IMG/VR virus record: IMGVR_UViG_3300028840_001395
Span: 248,001-312,000 of that record
Length of the DNA stretch: 64,000 bases
Reading direction: 5' to 3' (one strand)
The notes beneath the pieces are model-generated. The model made no database searches. It was not told where the DNA came from and worked only from the letters and a program-made list of their open reading frames with translations. Positions 1 to 7,581 of the stretch are shown piece by piece. A program made the position numbers and the translations under genes. The first letter of the stretch is position 1, and every line of letters begins with the position of its first letter.

Positions 1-334
1 TCTGTCCGTTCATGCAGCCCTCGATCTCTTCCAGCGCCTTTGCCCGCTTGGCTTCCTGGCGCTCGACGCCTTCGGCCACATACTCCAGTAGCGTCTTGCC
101 CCGTAGACGGGCGACGATGAACATGACCACGAACAAGGGCCAGCGAATGAACGCTCCGAGAGCCTTCATCAAGGGGATACCCCCCTCGGACTCGCCCAAG
201 ACCTTACGGAGCCAGTCACGGAAGCTCGCGCCCCTCGATTGGACGAGGGCGACCTCGAACAAGATCACTGTGGGCAGCGCGAAGGTGCCCACGAAGAGAT
301 ACCCGAGTGAGATATTGAGGAAGGTGTCCATCAT
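1..334 (-). CDS. Putative membrane protein (partial, runs off window start)
   Basis: Manual translation MMDTFLNISLGYLFVGTFALPTVILFEVAL... with two hydrophobic stretches; ATGA overlap with the upstream gene's stop. Confidence 0.6.
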   Translation of the reverse strand, partial: MMDTFLNISLGYLFVGTFALPTVILFEVALVQSRGASFRDWLRKVLGESEGGIPLMKALGAFIRWPLFVVMFIVARLRGKTLLEYVAEGVERQEAKRAKALEEIEGCMNGQ

Positions 335-771
335 TCCTCCGCACTTTGGCGGCGGCGCATCACCAGGAGGGCGTCACGCTTCTTGTTGATGCTCTCGATG
401 GCCTGTTGCATCTTCGTCCAGACCGAGGCGTTGTCCGAGTGAATCCGGATCTCGTCCGGTATCACGTCCAGGTTCTCGTGGACGGCGATCTGCTCCTCCA
501 ACCACGTCAACACGTCGTAGCCCGTGCGGCCTTCGGGGTCTGGTGTCCCGAACCCGTAGCAGCCACCCAGGTCGTGATCGAGCGAGAGGATGCCGACCTC
601 GCCGGTCTCCAGCATGGCGATGGTGTCGGCCACAGACCGAACCACGAGCCAGGTCGTCGGTGAATCCTTGATGTACTCGGGCGGATGCTCGACCCACACG
701 CCCTTGTCGTCCGGCACACCCCGGATGTCGTCCAGGTAGACGTTGACCTTGTTGTCACCCATAACGCTCAA
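331..771 (-). CDS. Cyclic-phosphate processing receiver-domain protein
   Basis: Motifs VYLDDIR, SLDHDLG, TGYDVLTWLEE and IHSDN match this family, which is common in large phages. Confidence 0.75.
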   Translation of the reverse strand: MSVMGDNKVNVYLDDIRGVPDDKGVWVEHPPEYIKDSPTTWLVVRSVADTIAMLETGEVGILSLDHDLGGCYGFGTPDPEGRTGYDVLTWLEEQIAVHENLDVIPDEIRIHSDNASVWTKMQQAIESINKKRDALLVMRRRQSAEE

Positions 772-788
772 CCCTCCCTGGCTCTATT

Positions 789-1250
789 CTACACGGCAAC
801 CTTGCGACGTTCCAGTTCCGCCAAGATCGCCTCCAGGGGCACCTCCCGCAGCCCGTAGGGGTCGAGAGGCTCGTCGGGGTCGGTGAGGCACGCCTGGAAG
901 CTCTCGGCCTCCTTCACGGCGGTCTTCGGTCCCTTGGAGGGCATCAGGACGAGCTTGTCCGCGTGAACCTCGGTGATGACCCCCCACATCCGGTCGCGGC
1001 TGCGTCGGCCCCCGCCCGAGATGTAGTCCCCGGCGAACTCGACCGGGACTCCGGGTTTGGCCCACTCGGGAATCAGGTAGTAGAAGTCGTCCCCCCGCGC
1101 CTTGTCTGCGAAGTGGCGCTTGAGGCCACCGGGGGCGGTCGGGTCGATGGCGATCTTGGCCCACCAGTTCTTGCCCCGCTTGTGGTTCTCCCACTTGGGA
1201 ACCTCGGTCAGTGCGCCGTGCTCGATGGCCAGGGTGATGGTGTCGCTCAT
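789..1250 (-). CDS. Hypothetical protein
   Basis: ORF from MSDTITLAIEH; ATGA overlap with 1247..1429. Confidence 0.65.
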   Translation of the reverse strand: MSDTITLAIEHGALTEVPKWENHKRGKNWWAKIAIDPTAPGGLKRHFADKARGDDFYYLIPEWAKPGVPVEFAGDYISGGGRRSRDRMWGVITEVHADKLVLMPSKGPKTAVKEAESFQACLTDPDEPLDPYGLREVPLEAILAELERRKVAV

Positions 1251-1429
1251 CGCCCGATCCCCTTGAAGTTGTAGTTGCCCGCCCGGATTGCCGCCTCGTC
1301 GGCCCTCCGTGCCTCCTCGAAGCGCGGATCCTCCCGCTCCTTGTCGGAGCAGTCGAGGCAGATCTCCTGGGTGTTGAACATCGACATGATGTGGCAGCTT
1401 GTCTCTTTCCCGCATCGCTGGCAGCGCAT
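1247..1429 (-). CDS. Small Zn-finger-like protein (CxxC...CxxC)
   Basis: MRCQRCG...MSMFNTQEICLDC; GGAGG RBS upstream. Confidence 0.65.
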   Translation of the reverse strand: MRCQRCGKETSCHIMSMFNTQEICLDCSDKEREDPRFEEARRADEAAIRAGNYNFKGIGR

Positions 1430-1442
1430 CGTGACCTCCCGG

Positions 1443-2216
1443 CTAGCTCGCGTTGGCCTTGCGGAAGCGGTCGTAGCACTCGGACTCGGTGACCTCGCGG
1501 CCCAGCTCCTTGAACAGCGCCCGGAGCGCCCGGTTGTAGGCGGTGGACCGGCGCTGGACCTCGGAGCGGCTGCACTCGCCGTCGCAGGTCAGGTTCTCGG
1601 GCGACAGGTTCCCGTACACCCGGTCGATGTCATCGAGGATGTCATCCTCGTCGCGCTTGCCGGTGAGCGGGGTCACGTCGCTGCGCTTGGGGGTCCGGGT
1701 CTCGCCCGTGGTGAGCAGGAGCCGGACGCGCCCGTCGCCCAGGAAGCCCTCGACCGTGCCGGTCTCGGTGCCGTTGAAGGGGTTGGTGTAGGTCACCCGG
1801 TCGCCCACCTTGAAGTCGTGGTTCGCGCCGCCGTCCGCGTCGGGCAGGTTCGGAACCACCTGGGAGACCATCATCTTGTAGCGGCCCCCGCGAGCCCCCT
1901 CCACCAGGATGGGGTACTTGCGGTTGCGGGGCTTGAGCCCCGTGATGGTGAACTCGCGCCCCTCGCACTGGAACTTCGCGCCGAAGTGCTCGGGCTTGAG
2001 GCCGAAGCGTCCGCAGTGCTTCTCGAAGTCGGCCCGCTGGTTGTCCTTCGGCACCGTCAGGGCGACCTTGGTGTGGGTCGCCGTGTCGGAGAACTTGAAC
2101 CGCTCGGGCGTGTACTCCAGCCCGAACCGCTCGGCCACCTCGCGCATCGCCTTGCGGATGGCCTCGTTGACCTCGCCCACGTTTCTCCGGTCGAACTTGG
2201 TGATCTTGGTCGTCAT
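1443..2216 (-). CDS. Hypothetical early protein (probable SH3-like modules)
   Basis: 257-aa ORF with AGGAGG RBS and class I promoter; segments FTITGLKPRNRKYPI and FKVGDRVTY. Confidence 0.65.
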   Translation of the reverse strand: MTTKITKFDRRNVGEVNEAIRKAMREVAERFGLEYTPERFKFSDTATHTKVALTVPKDNQRADFEKHCGRFGLKPEHFGAKFQCEGREFTITGLKPRNRKYPILVEGARGGRYKMMVSQVVPNLPDADGGANHDFKVGDRVTYTNPFNGTETGTVEGFLGDGRVRLLLTTGETRTPKRSDVTPLTGKRDEDDILDDIDRVYGNLSPENLTCDGECSRSEVQRRSTAYNRALRALFKELGREVTESECYDRFRKANAS

Positions 2217-2234
2217 CGCGTGTTCCTCCTGTCC

Positions 2235-2263
2235 AGACTACTCTGTGGTCGAGTCGAGTAAGA
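2235..2263 (-). promoter_or_regulatory. Class I promoter TCTTAC-N17-TAGTCT
   Basis: Copy of a 7-fold repeated motif directly upstream of the RBS and ATG at 2216. Confidence 0.75.
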
Positions 2264-2275
2264 CCCCGCCTCCGG

Positions 2276-3067
2276 TCAGGCGCAGCGCTTGATGGTGTCG
2301 AGCAGGTCGTCGGTGGCGACGAAGCCCTGCTTGACCGCCTCGGCAGCCGCCGTGCCACCGGCCCGCAGGATGAAGTCCGTGCCCGGCTCCAGCCTGTAGG
2401 ACACGTAGCGCCGCACCGGCAGCTTGCTGCGGAGCAGGCCCTTGGCGACCGTCTTGGCCTTCGACTTGGCCTTCGGCACCGGGCCGTTCGGGGCCGGGGT
2501 GATGACCGTCTCGTGGATCTTCAGCCCCTGGAGGTAGATGGTGCCCGGCAGCGGGGCCTTGGCCTCGCCGGGGTTGCACTCGCGGCACTGGCAGTTGGCC
2601 TTGCCGCTGCACTTGTAGACCCGCGCTCCCCGGACGGGCTCGCCGTCGAGGGTCAGGCCGTCGAACACGTCCTGGGTGGTGGAGGTGGACTCGGCGTTGG
2701 GGTCGAGCGTCCGCTCGAAGCTGGCGACCAGCTCGTCCCGCGCCGCCGTGAAGTCGGCCAGCGTCAGGGCGTTGCCCTTGCCGTCCACGATGCCCTTGGC
2801 GGTCGCGTCGGCCAGGGCGGCGTCGAGGTCGGCGTCCCGCACCTGCTCCAAGGAGCGGCGCACCAGGTTCTCGTAGCGGAAGCCGGTCAGGATGACGACG
2901 TGAACCTCGTCGTCACCGTAGGTCTTCCGGGCCGCGCCCCGCCCGCGCTCCGTGCCGCGCTTGCGGGTGATGAGGCCGGTGAAGGTGCCCTTGCGGGCGT
3001 CCTTGAGCAGCAGGCCGAGCAGGTCGGAGTTGCTGTTGCTGCGGGCCGTGCGAGTCGTCGTTGCCAT
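2276..3067 (-). CDS. Hypothetical early protein
   Basis: 263-aa ORF, AAGGAG RBS, CxxxxxCxCxxC cluster, class I promoter upstream. Confidence 0.7.
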   Translation of the reverse strand: MATTTRTARSNSNSDLLGLLLKDARKGTFTGLITRKRGTERGRGAARKTYGDDEVHVVILTGFRYENLVRRSLEQVRDADLDAALADATAKGIVDGKGNALTLADFTAARDELVASFERTLDPNAESTSTTQDVFDGLTLDGEPVRGARVYKCSGKANCQCRECNPGEAKAPLPGTIYLQGLKIHETVITPAPNGPVPKAKSKAKTVAKGLLRSKLPVRRYVSYRLEPGTDFILRAGGTAAAEAVKQGFVATDDLLDTIKRCA

Positions 3068-3092
3068 CTTCGTTCTCCTTTCGTCCTCACCT

Positions 3093-3121
3093 AGACTACT
3101 CTGGCCCAGACCGAAATAAGA
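3093..3121 (-). promoter_or_regulatory. Class I promoter TCTTAT-N17-TAGTCT
   Basis: gtcttatttcggtctgggccagagtagtctag on the minus strand. Confidence 0.8.
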
Positions 3122-3178
3122 CCGTCCTAAGACGGTTTTTTCTTTCTAAGGAACGCGCGTCCCGCGTAGAGAAAAGGG

Positions 3179-3207
3179 TCTTATCTCGGCCCACCACAGA
3201 GTAGTCT
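3179..3207 (+). promoter_or_regulatory. Class I promoter TCTTAT-N17-TAGTCT driving the structured RNA
   Basis: tcttat ctcggcccaccacagag tagtct; divergent partner of 3093..3121. Confidence 0.8.
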
Positions 3208-3212
3208 AGGTG

Positions 3213-3902
3213 AACGGGGAGCGAAGCATAGAGGCAAGCTCCCAAGCTCTGTGAGAAGTCAAGACTATGGGCGGCTTGGAGGGCTCGGTAGGCGGCTCCG
3301 AAAGGGGTAACCTCCGCCGGTTGCAACCTGGACGGGGTACCGAGTCGAGGGTTCAATTCCACTCCCGCTCACACACGAAGAAGTCGGTGCCCCGAGGGGG
3401 TGCCGATAGGATAGACTGCCAGAGGCTTCAACCAAGGAGGGTTCAGCCGATGGGCTAGAGTCAGCCCTACGATGTCCCTGAACTGGTCCTGGGGCATCGT
3501 GGAAAGACGCTCACCACCCTTGAGGAGAGCGTCCTGGGCAACGAGGTTCAGGGGCCTCCCGGAACCCCCCGAGGCCAGCTTGCAATGGGCGAGCTGGGGC
3601 TGGTACTCGGGCCGGGGGGATGGTATAGACCAGGCAAGGTTGACAGCTCCGGCCCCAACCCTCGGCGGAGGGATTCGAGCACGGACGACGCTAGGCCCGC
3701 TCTGCGTGGATGTCGCGTGACAGTCGGCTCGATACCCGGTGATGTGCGAGGCCCAAGTCGAGTGAACGGTGCCGAGACTAGCGGCACCCTCACTTGCACC
3801 CCCGAAGCGGACTGGAGTAGAGTGACCCCATGATCTTCGCACTCATCGGAGCCGACTTCCAACGGACGTTCGCGCGGGTTACGCCCGCGCCCGTTGGAGG
3901 TC
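3213..3902 (+). ncRNA. Candidate large structured ncRNA or long structured leader (~690 nt), family unassigned
   Basis: Own promoter; no credible ORF; more than 10 helices found by eye (3217-22/3238-43, 3268-74/3365-71, 3283-90/3338-45, 3383-3407, 3469-78/3491-3500, 3506-12/3527-33, 3575-83/3589-97, 3722-30/3849-57, 3768-74/3782-88, 3854-65/3891-3902); T-loop GGTTCAATTCC. Confidence 0.65.
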
Positions 3903-3905
3903 AAC

Positions 3906-4253
3906 ATGGCACGAGGAATCGCGTTTCGTAGGCACCACACCCATCGGGTCTGCCACAACCGCCGAACCCTTCACCTGGCCCTCATGTCGGATCTGACTGA
4001 GGCTGACATCGGACGGTGGGGTTACCCCACCTGGTACGACAAACGGTGTCTCTTCGGGTGCAACTGCTCGGCCAAGACTCCGGGCCGTCCCCGCCGGGGT
4101 CATGGGGTTTGTCGCACGGGTCAGCGGGATCGCATCTACAACTGGCGTCGTGAGGCCGTCCGCATCGGTCATCTGTCTCGGTTCTACTCGGGTGTGGACT
4201 GGGACTCGGATGAGGTGGTGCTGGCTACTTCGGGGACTGACTACAGCTACTGA
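3906..4253 (+). CDS. Small basic Cys/His-rich protein
   Basis: GGAGG RBS, then MARGIAFRRHH...CLFGCNC...GHGVC. Confidence 0.6.
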   Translation: MARGIAFRRHHTHRVCHNRRTLHLALMSDLTEADIGRWGYPTWYDKRCLFGCNCSAKTPGRPRRGHGVCRTGQRDRIYNWRREAVRIGHLSRFYSGVDWDSDEVVLATSGTDYSY

Positions 4254-5300
4254 TCACTTCAGGGTGATGTAGGTGTAGATGTTGCTCTTCTCGCCATCGT
4301 GGACATCGACGCTCTTGATCTTGTCCTTGAAAGGCCGCAGGGCCGGATCGAGCTTGGAGTGGTACCGCTTGAGTTCCTCCTCGACCATCTCCTGATACCG
4401 CTGCCACCCATACTCGGACTCACCCTCCTTGGGGAGCCAGTCGGAGCGATACCCACCCTCGATCCTGAGATTGTCCTTCGAGATGGTGGTCTCGTGACGA
4501 CTCCAGGACATTCCCATGTCATCGGTGATGCGCTTCAGGACGGCTGCGATGGCCTGTGCCGTTTCCGCCCGAGCAGCAGTGGCATCGGCTTCGCCCTTCA
4601 TTCCAGGCCAGCCCCGAAGCAACTCAAGGAAGTTCAGGGCGACAGCCTTGGCGTCCTTGACAGTGGCCGCACCCATGCGGCCCACGTTCATCTGGAGGCC
4701 TTCCTTCTGGCCCGTGTTCTCCCAGACGGTGAGCTGTGCCGGAATCCCGTGGGACTGGTGCTCGTCAATGCGGAAGGTGACCAGGAAGGTGTGACCCGGC
4801 CCGCCGTAGCGGTAGTGCCCCTCGGGCTTCTGCCAGGCTTCGATCTGGAGCTTCTTCGGGTCAACGAGCTTTGCCTTGATCATGCGAGCCGCTGCAGCGG
4901 TGACCTTCTTCAGCGCCGGAGGCATCTGCTTCTTGGAGAGCCTCTGGATCATCTTGGTCGCGTCGGTGACGTGCTTCTGGAATCGCTTCACCATCGTCTG
5001 AGCGTCACGGAGAGCCCTCGCAGCCGTCTTGTCCTCGGGATAGGCTGCGATGACCTCTTCGACGCTTTGGAGAACGCCCTGCGCCGCCTTGAGGCCCGCC
5101 CTGGCCTTCTTGAGCGCATCCAACTGGGAACGCACGTCGGCATCCCCGGCAGCCATCTTGTAGTGCAGGCCGAAGGTGTCGGTCACCTCCTCGATGTTCT
5201 GGGACAGCTCATCGAGGGTGTCGAGCGTATCGAGCAGCTTCCCCATGTTGGGGAGCGCCGCCTGCTTGGCGACCCATCGAGCGGCGACGCGCTTCTTCAT
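4254..5300 (-). CDS. Putative virion/internal protein with N-terminal RVAARW motif
   Basis: True start MKKRVAARWVAKQAA after GGGAAG; helical N-half. Confidence 0.65.
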   Translation of the reverse strand: MKKRVAARWVAKQAALPNMGKLLDTLDTLDELSQNIEEVTDTFGLHYKMAAGDADVRSQLDALKKARAGLKAAQGVLQSVEEVIAAYPEDKTAARALRDAQTMVKRFQKHVTDATKMIQRLSKKQMPPALKKVTAAAARMIKAKLVDPKKLQIEAWQKPEGHYRYGGPGHTFLVTFRIDEHQSHGIPAQLTVWENTGQKEGLQMNVGRMGAATVKDAKAVALNFLELLRGWPGMKGEADATAARAETAQAIAAVLKRITDDMGMSWSRHETTISKDNLRIEGGYRSDWLPKEGESEYGWQRYQEMVEEELKRYHSKLDPALRPFKDKIKSVDVHDGEKSNIYTYITLK

Positions 5301-5302
5301 GT

Positions 5303-5848
5303 CTACTTCCCCTTGGCCAGATACCAGGCCGCAACCCGACCGGCATGACCGCCCCGGAGCCGCTGCTTGAGCAGGTACACGTTGGTCTCGTGGGCGTTCG
5401 CCAGAGCAGCCAGGTAGTCGTTCATCCCGAGCGGCAGGTTGCCCTGGTCTTCCAGGCTCTCGAACATGACCTTGAGAAGCACCTGGAGGGTCTCTTCGGC
5501 AGCCAGCGCCCGGCGGATGGGGTCTTCGTAGCCCATCCACATCTTGACGACCTCGGCCTCCCACAGAATCTGGGCGTGTGGGTCGATGGCTTCGGAGCCG
5601 TAGTAGGCGATGATCTTCTCACCCAGCGTGTCGATCTCCTCGATGGGCGGACTCTCCTCCTCGTCGTCCCCGATGTAGAGGCGCTCGAACAGAAGGTGGT
5701 CGCCGTAGAAGCTGCTCCCCTTGACCTTCCAGTGGGTCGTCCAGTGAAGCCACTGCATCGCCCGCAAGACTCCCAGCAGTTGGGTGTAGAGGCCCTGAGC
5801 ATCGGCCTGCTTCCATTGGGCGGCGAGCTTGGCCAGTTGCTTCTTCAT
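5303..5848 (-). CDS. dps: Dps/ferritin-like DNA protection protein
   Basis: HWTTHWKVKGSSFYGDHLLFERLY...EEIDTLGEKI ferroxidase-type Dps signature; C-terminal RVAAWYL tag. Confidence 0.8.
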   Translation of the reverse strand: MKKQLAKLAAQWKQADAQGLYTQLLGVLRAMQWLHWTTHWKVKGSSFYGDHLLFERLYIGDDEEESPPIEEIDTLGEKIIAYYGSEAIDPHAQILWEAEVVKMWMGYEDPIRRALAAEETLQVLLKVMFESLEDQGNLPLGMNDYLAALANAHETNVYLLKQRLRGGHAGRVAAWYLAKGK

Positions 5849-5860
5849 CGCATCCTCACT

Positions 5861-7414
5861 TCAGTTCGATGTCATGGAAGCCACGTAGCGAGCGGCTACA
5901 CGGGCGGCAAACTTGTGGACTTCGAGGCGCAGGTTACGATCCCCGAGCGCTTCCTGCGCCTGGCTCAAGAGTTCCTCGGGAACTCCCATGAGAGAGGCGA
6001 CATCCTCGGCATCGACGTGAGACATCGTTTCAGAGCCATCCTCGAACTTGACGATCCCGAGGGTGTCAGGGGCCACGTCGAAGGACACGTCCTCGACCTT
6101 GACCCCCGGTGAGGGGAAGTTCTTGGCGTCGCTGATGATGGCAGCCCGCCGAAGGTAGCGGGCTGCCACGCGAGCAGCCCATCTACCACTGCCCAGGCCC
6201 TCGATCTGTTCCAACAGGGTCTTCTGCTGACTAGGTTTCATCGCCCGCCACTGCCGCCGGTAGTAGGCGTAGGCCTGGCGCTCGGTCATGTCCAGTTCGC
6301 CGTCCTGCCAGAAGTTCTCAGGCCCCTGCTCCTTCCACTCACCGATCACTGAATTCAGTTCCGAGTCGCTCATGCGGTTGAACGGCCCTTCCTCCTCCCT
6401 GGCCTTCCCCAGTGCCACGAAGACCTTGGCGATCTTGTCCGCGATGGCGGCGACCTGCCGGGTTGTCCTGTCCACGTTGGACTTCGGAGCCACCTTGAAT
6501 GGCCGCAGGAGCTTGGCCATCTTGTCCCACTCGGCCCGGTCATTGAACCCAGTCGGGTTTACGATCAGCCGGTAGCGACCATCGGGCTGGATGGGCTGGG
6601 GTGGATTGCTCATCCGTTCGGCTGTGAAGGCCGTGTACGCATCGTGTAGGGCGAACTCCAGCCGGGCCTTGTTCCCGGCCATCTGCGGGAGCATCAGGTC
6701 AGCATGGAGCTTGACGAACCGACCCTCAAGCTCGGGCGGCAGGGTGCCGGGCTTGTACCGCAGCACGGGCATGGGCTGACGGGTGAACTTGGAGCCAGGG
6801 AAGGCCCTCTGTGCATCCCCCAGCATCCCACCGACTGCGTTGAGCATCTTCTGAACATCCGGCGCGACCTTGACCGCTGCAGTCTTCTTGTCCGCCGCTT
6901 CCATCTGGCCCACCACCTTCTCGGCCCACGCCTGCCCGGCGTCACCACCCCAGAGGAGCCAGGACACGTAGCCCTTGTCATTCCAGGGTTCGTTCTTGTG
7001 CTCCGCAGCGACGGACTTGTTCTTCTGATGCCGGGCGAAGAACGCCTTCATCTGCTTGACGACTTTCGGACTCACCGTGTCCCGGTTCTTCAGGTTGGTC
7101 GCCCGCTGCACCCCGGAGCCGATGCCCTCCTTGGACGCCTCGGAGGGAGTCAACCCGCCCCTGTTCGACGGGCTGGCCTTCTGGCGATACTCCAGACCCT
7201 TCTTCGCTGCACTGGCGACACCCGCAGGGGGCTTGAAGTTGATGTGGTCGTAGCTGGCCTTGGCGGTCTTGCGCCAGCCTCCACCCTGGTCGTTGTACCA
7301 CTTCACAGCCCACTGGCTCGCGTAGGCACTCGGATACACGTCGAAGCGACTCCGGGCCTCGTTCAGCGCCTCTTGCCAGAGAGCCTCGTCGGTCGGTTGG
7401 TTCTCGCGGGCCAT
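5861..7414 (-). CDS. Multi-module putative head/internal protein
   Basis: Start MARENQPTDE; phage modules FDVYPSAYASQWAVKWY..GGGWR and PPAGVASAA...MKAFFARH...SWLLWGGDAG; two RVAARY motifs. Confidence 0.65.
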   Translation of the reverse strand: MARENQPTDEALWQEALNEARSRFDVYPSAYASQWAVKWYNDQGGGWRKTAKASYDHINFKPPAGVASAAKKGLEYRQKASPSNRGGLTPSEASKEGIGSGVQRATNLKNRDTVSPKVVKQMKAFFARHQKNKSVAAEHKNEPWNDKGYVSWLLWGGDAGQAWAEKVVGQMEAADKKTAAVKVAPDVQKMLNAVGGMLGDAQRAFPGSKFTRQPMPVLRYKPGTLPPELEGRFVKLHADLMLPQMAGNKARLEFALHDAYTAFTAERMSNPPQPIQPDGRYRLIVNPTGFNDRAEWDKMAKLLRPFKVAPKSNVDRTTRQVAAIADKIAKVFVALGKAREEEGPFNRMSDSELNSVIGEWKEQGPENFWQDGELDMTERQAYAYYRRQWRAMKPSQQKTLLEQIEGLGSGRWAARVAARYLRRAAIISDAKNFPSPGVKVEDVSFDVAPDTLGIVKFEDGSETMSHVDAEDVASLMGVPEELLSQAQEALGDRNLRLEVHKFAARVAARYVASMTSN

Positions 7415-7581
7415 CAGGGGGTGTCTCCAGGCTTCAGAGGGTCGAAGTCCTTGCCACCGCAAGGCGGGATCGGCAGGTCTTCGAGCGGCGGGCTGGGAAC
7501 GATGCCGACCCCGTAGGGACAGGTGTTGTAGTGAGACTTCCCACAGCGGACACAGGCCGGGGGCTTCTGCTCGTCTGCCAT
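7414..7581 (-). CDS. Small Cys4 protein coupled to fibre gene
   Basis: CVRC...CP...PPCGGKDFDP; TGATG overlaps on both sides. Confidence 0.6.
   Translation of the reverse strand: MADEQKPPACVRCGKSHYNTCPYGVGIVPSPPLEDLPIPPCGGKDFDPLKPGDTP

Noticed and set aside
3091-3209. AGACTACTCT repeats as CRISPR repeats or IS ends
   Set aside because: Copies are dispersed, oriented toward gene starts and have fixed 17-nt spacing, so they are promoters; no spacers, cas genes or transposase are present
3268-3375. Canonical tRNA or tmRNA gene
   Set aside because: No D-arm or anticodon arm, no CCA, no tag reading frame; kept only as a tRNA-like domain
3256-3632. Group I intron-like words (TCAAGACTA, GGTATAGACC)
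   Set aside because: P7 pairing is not complementary and there is no interrupted host gene
3096-4172. Short ORFs over the structured region (for example 3369..3842 -, 3548..3958 -)
   Set aside because: No RBS, atypical composition, mutually overlapping; better explained by an RNA
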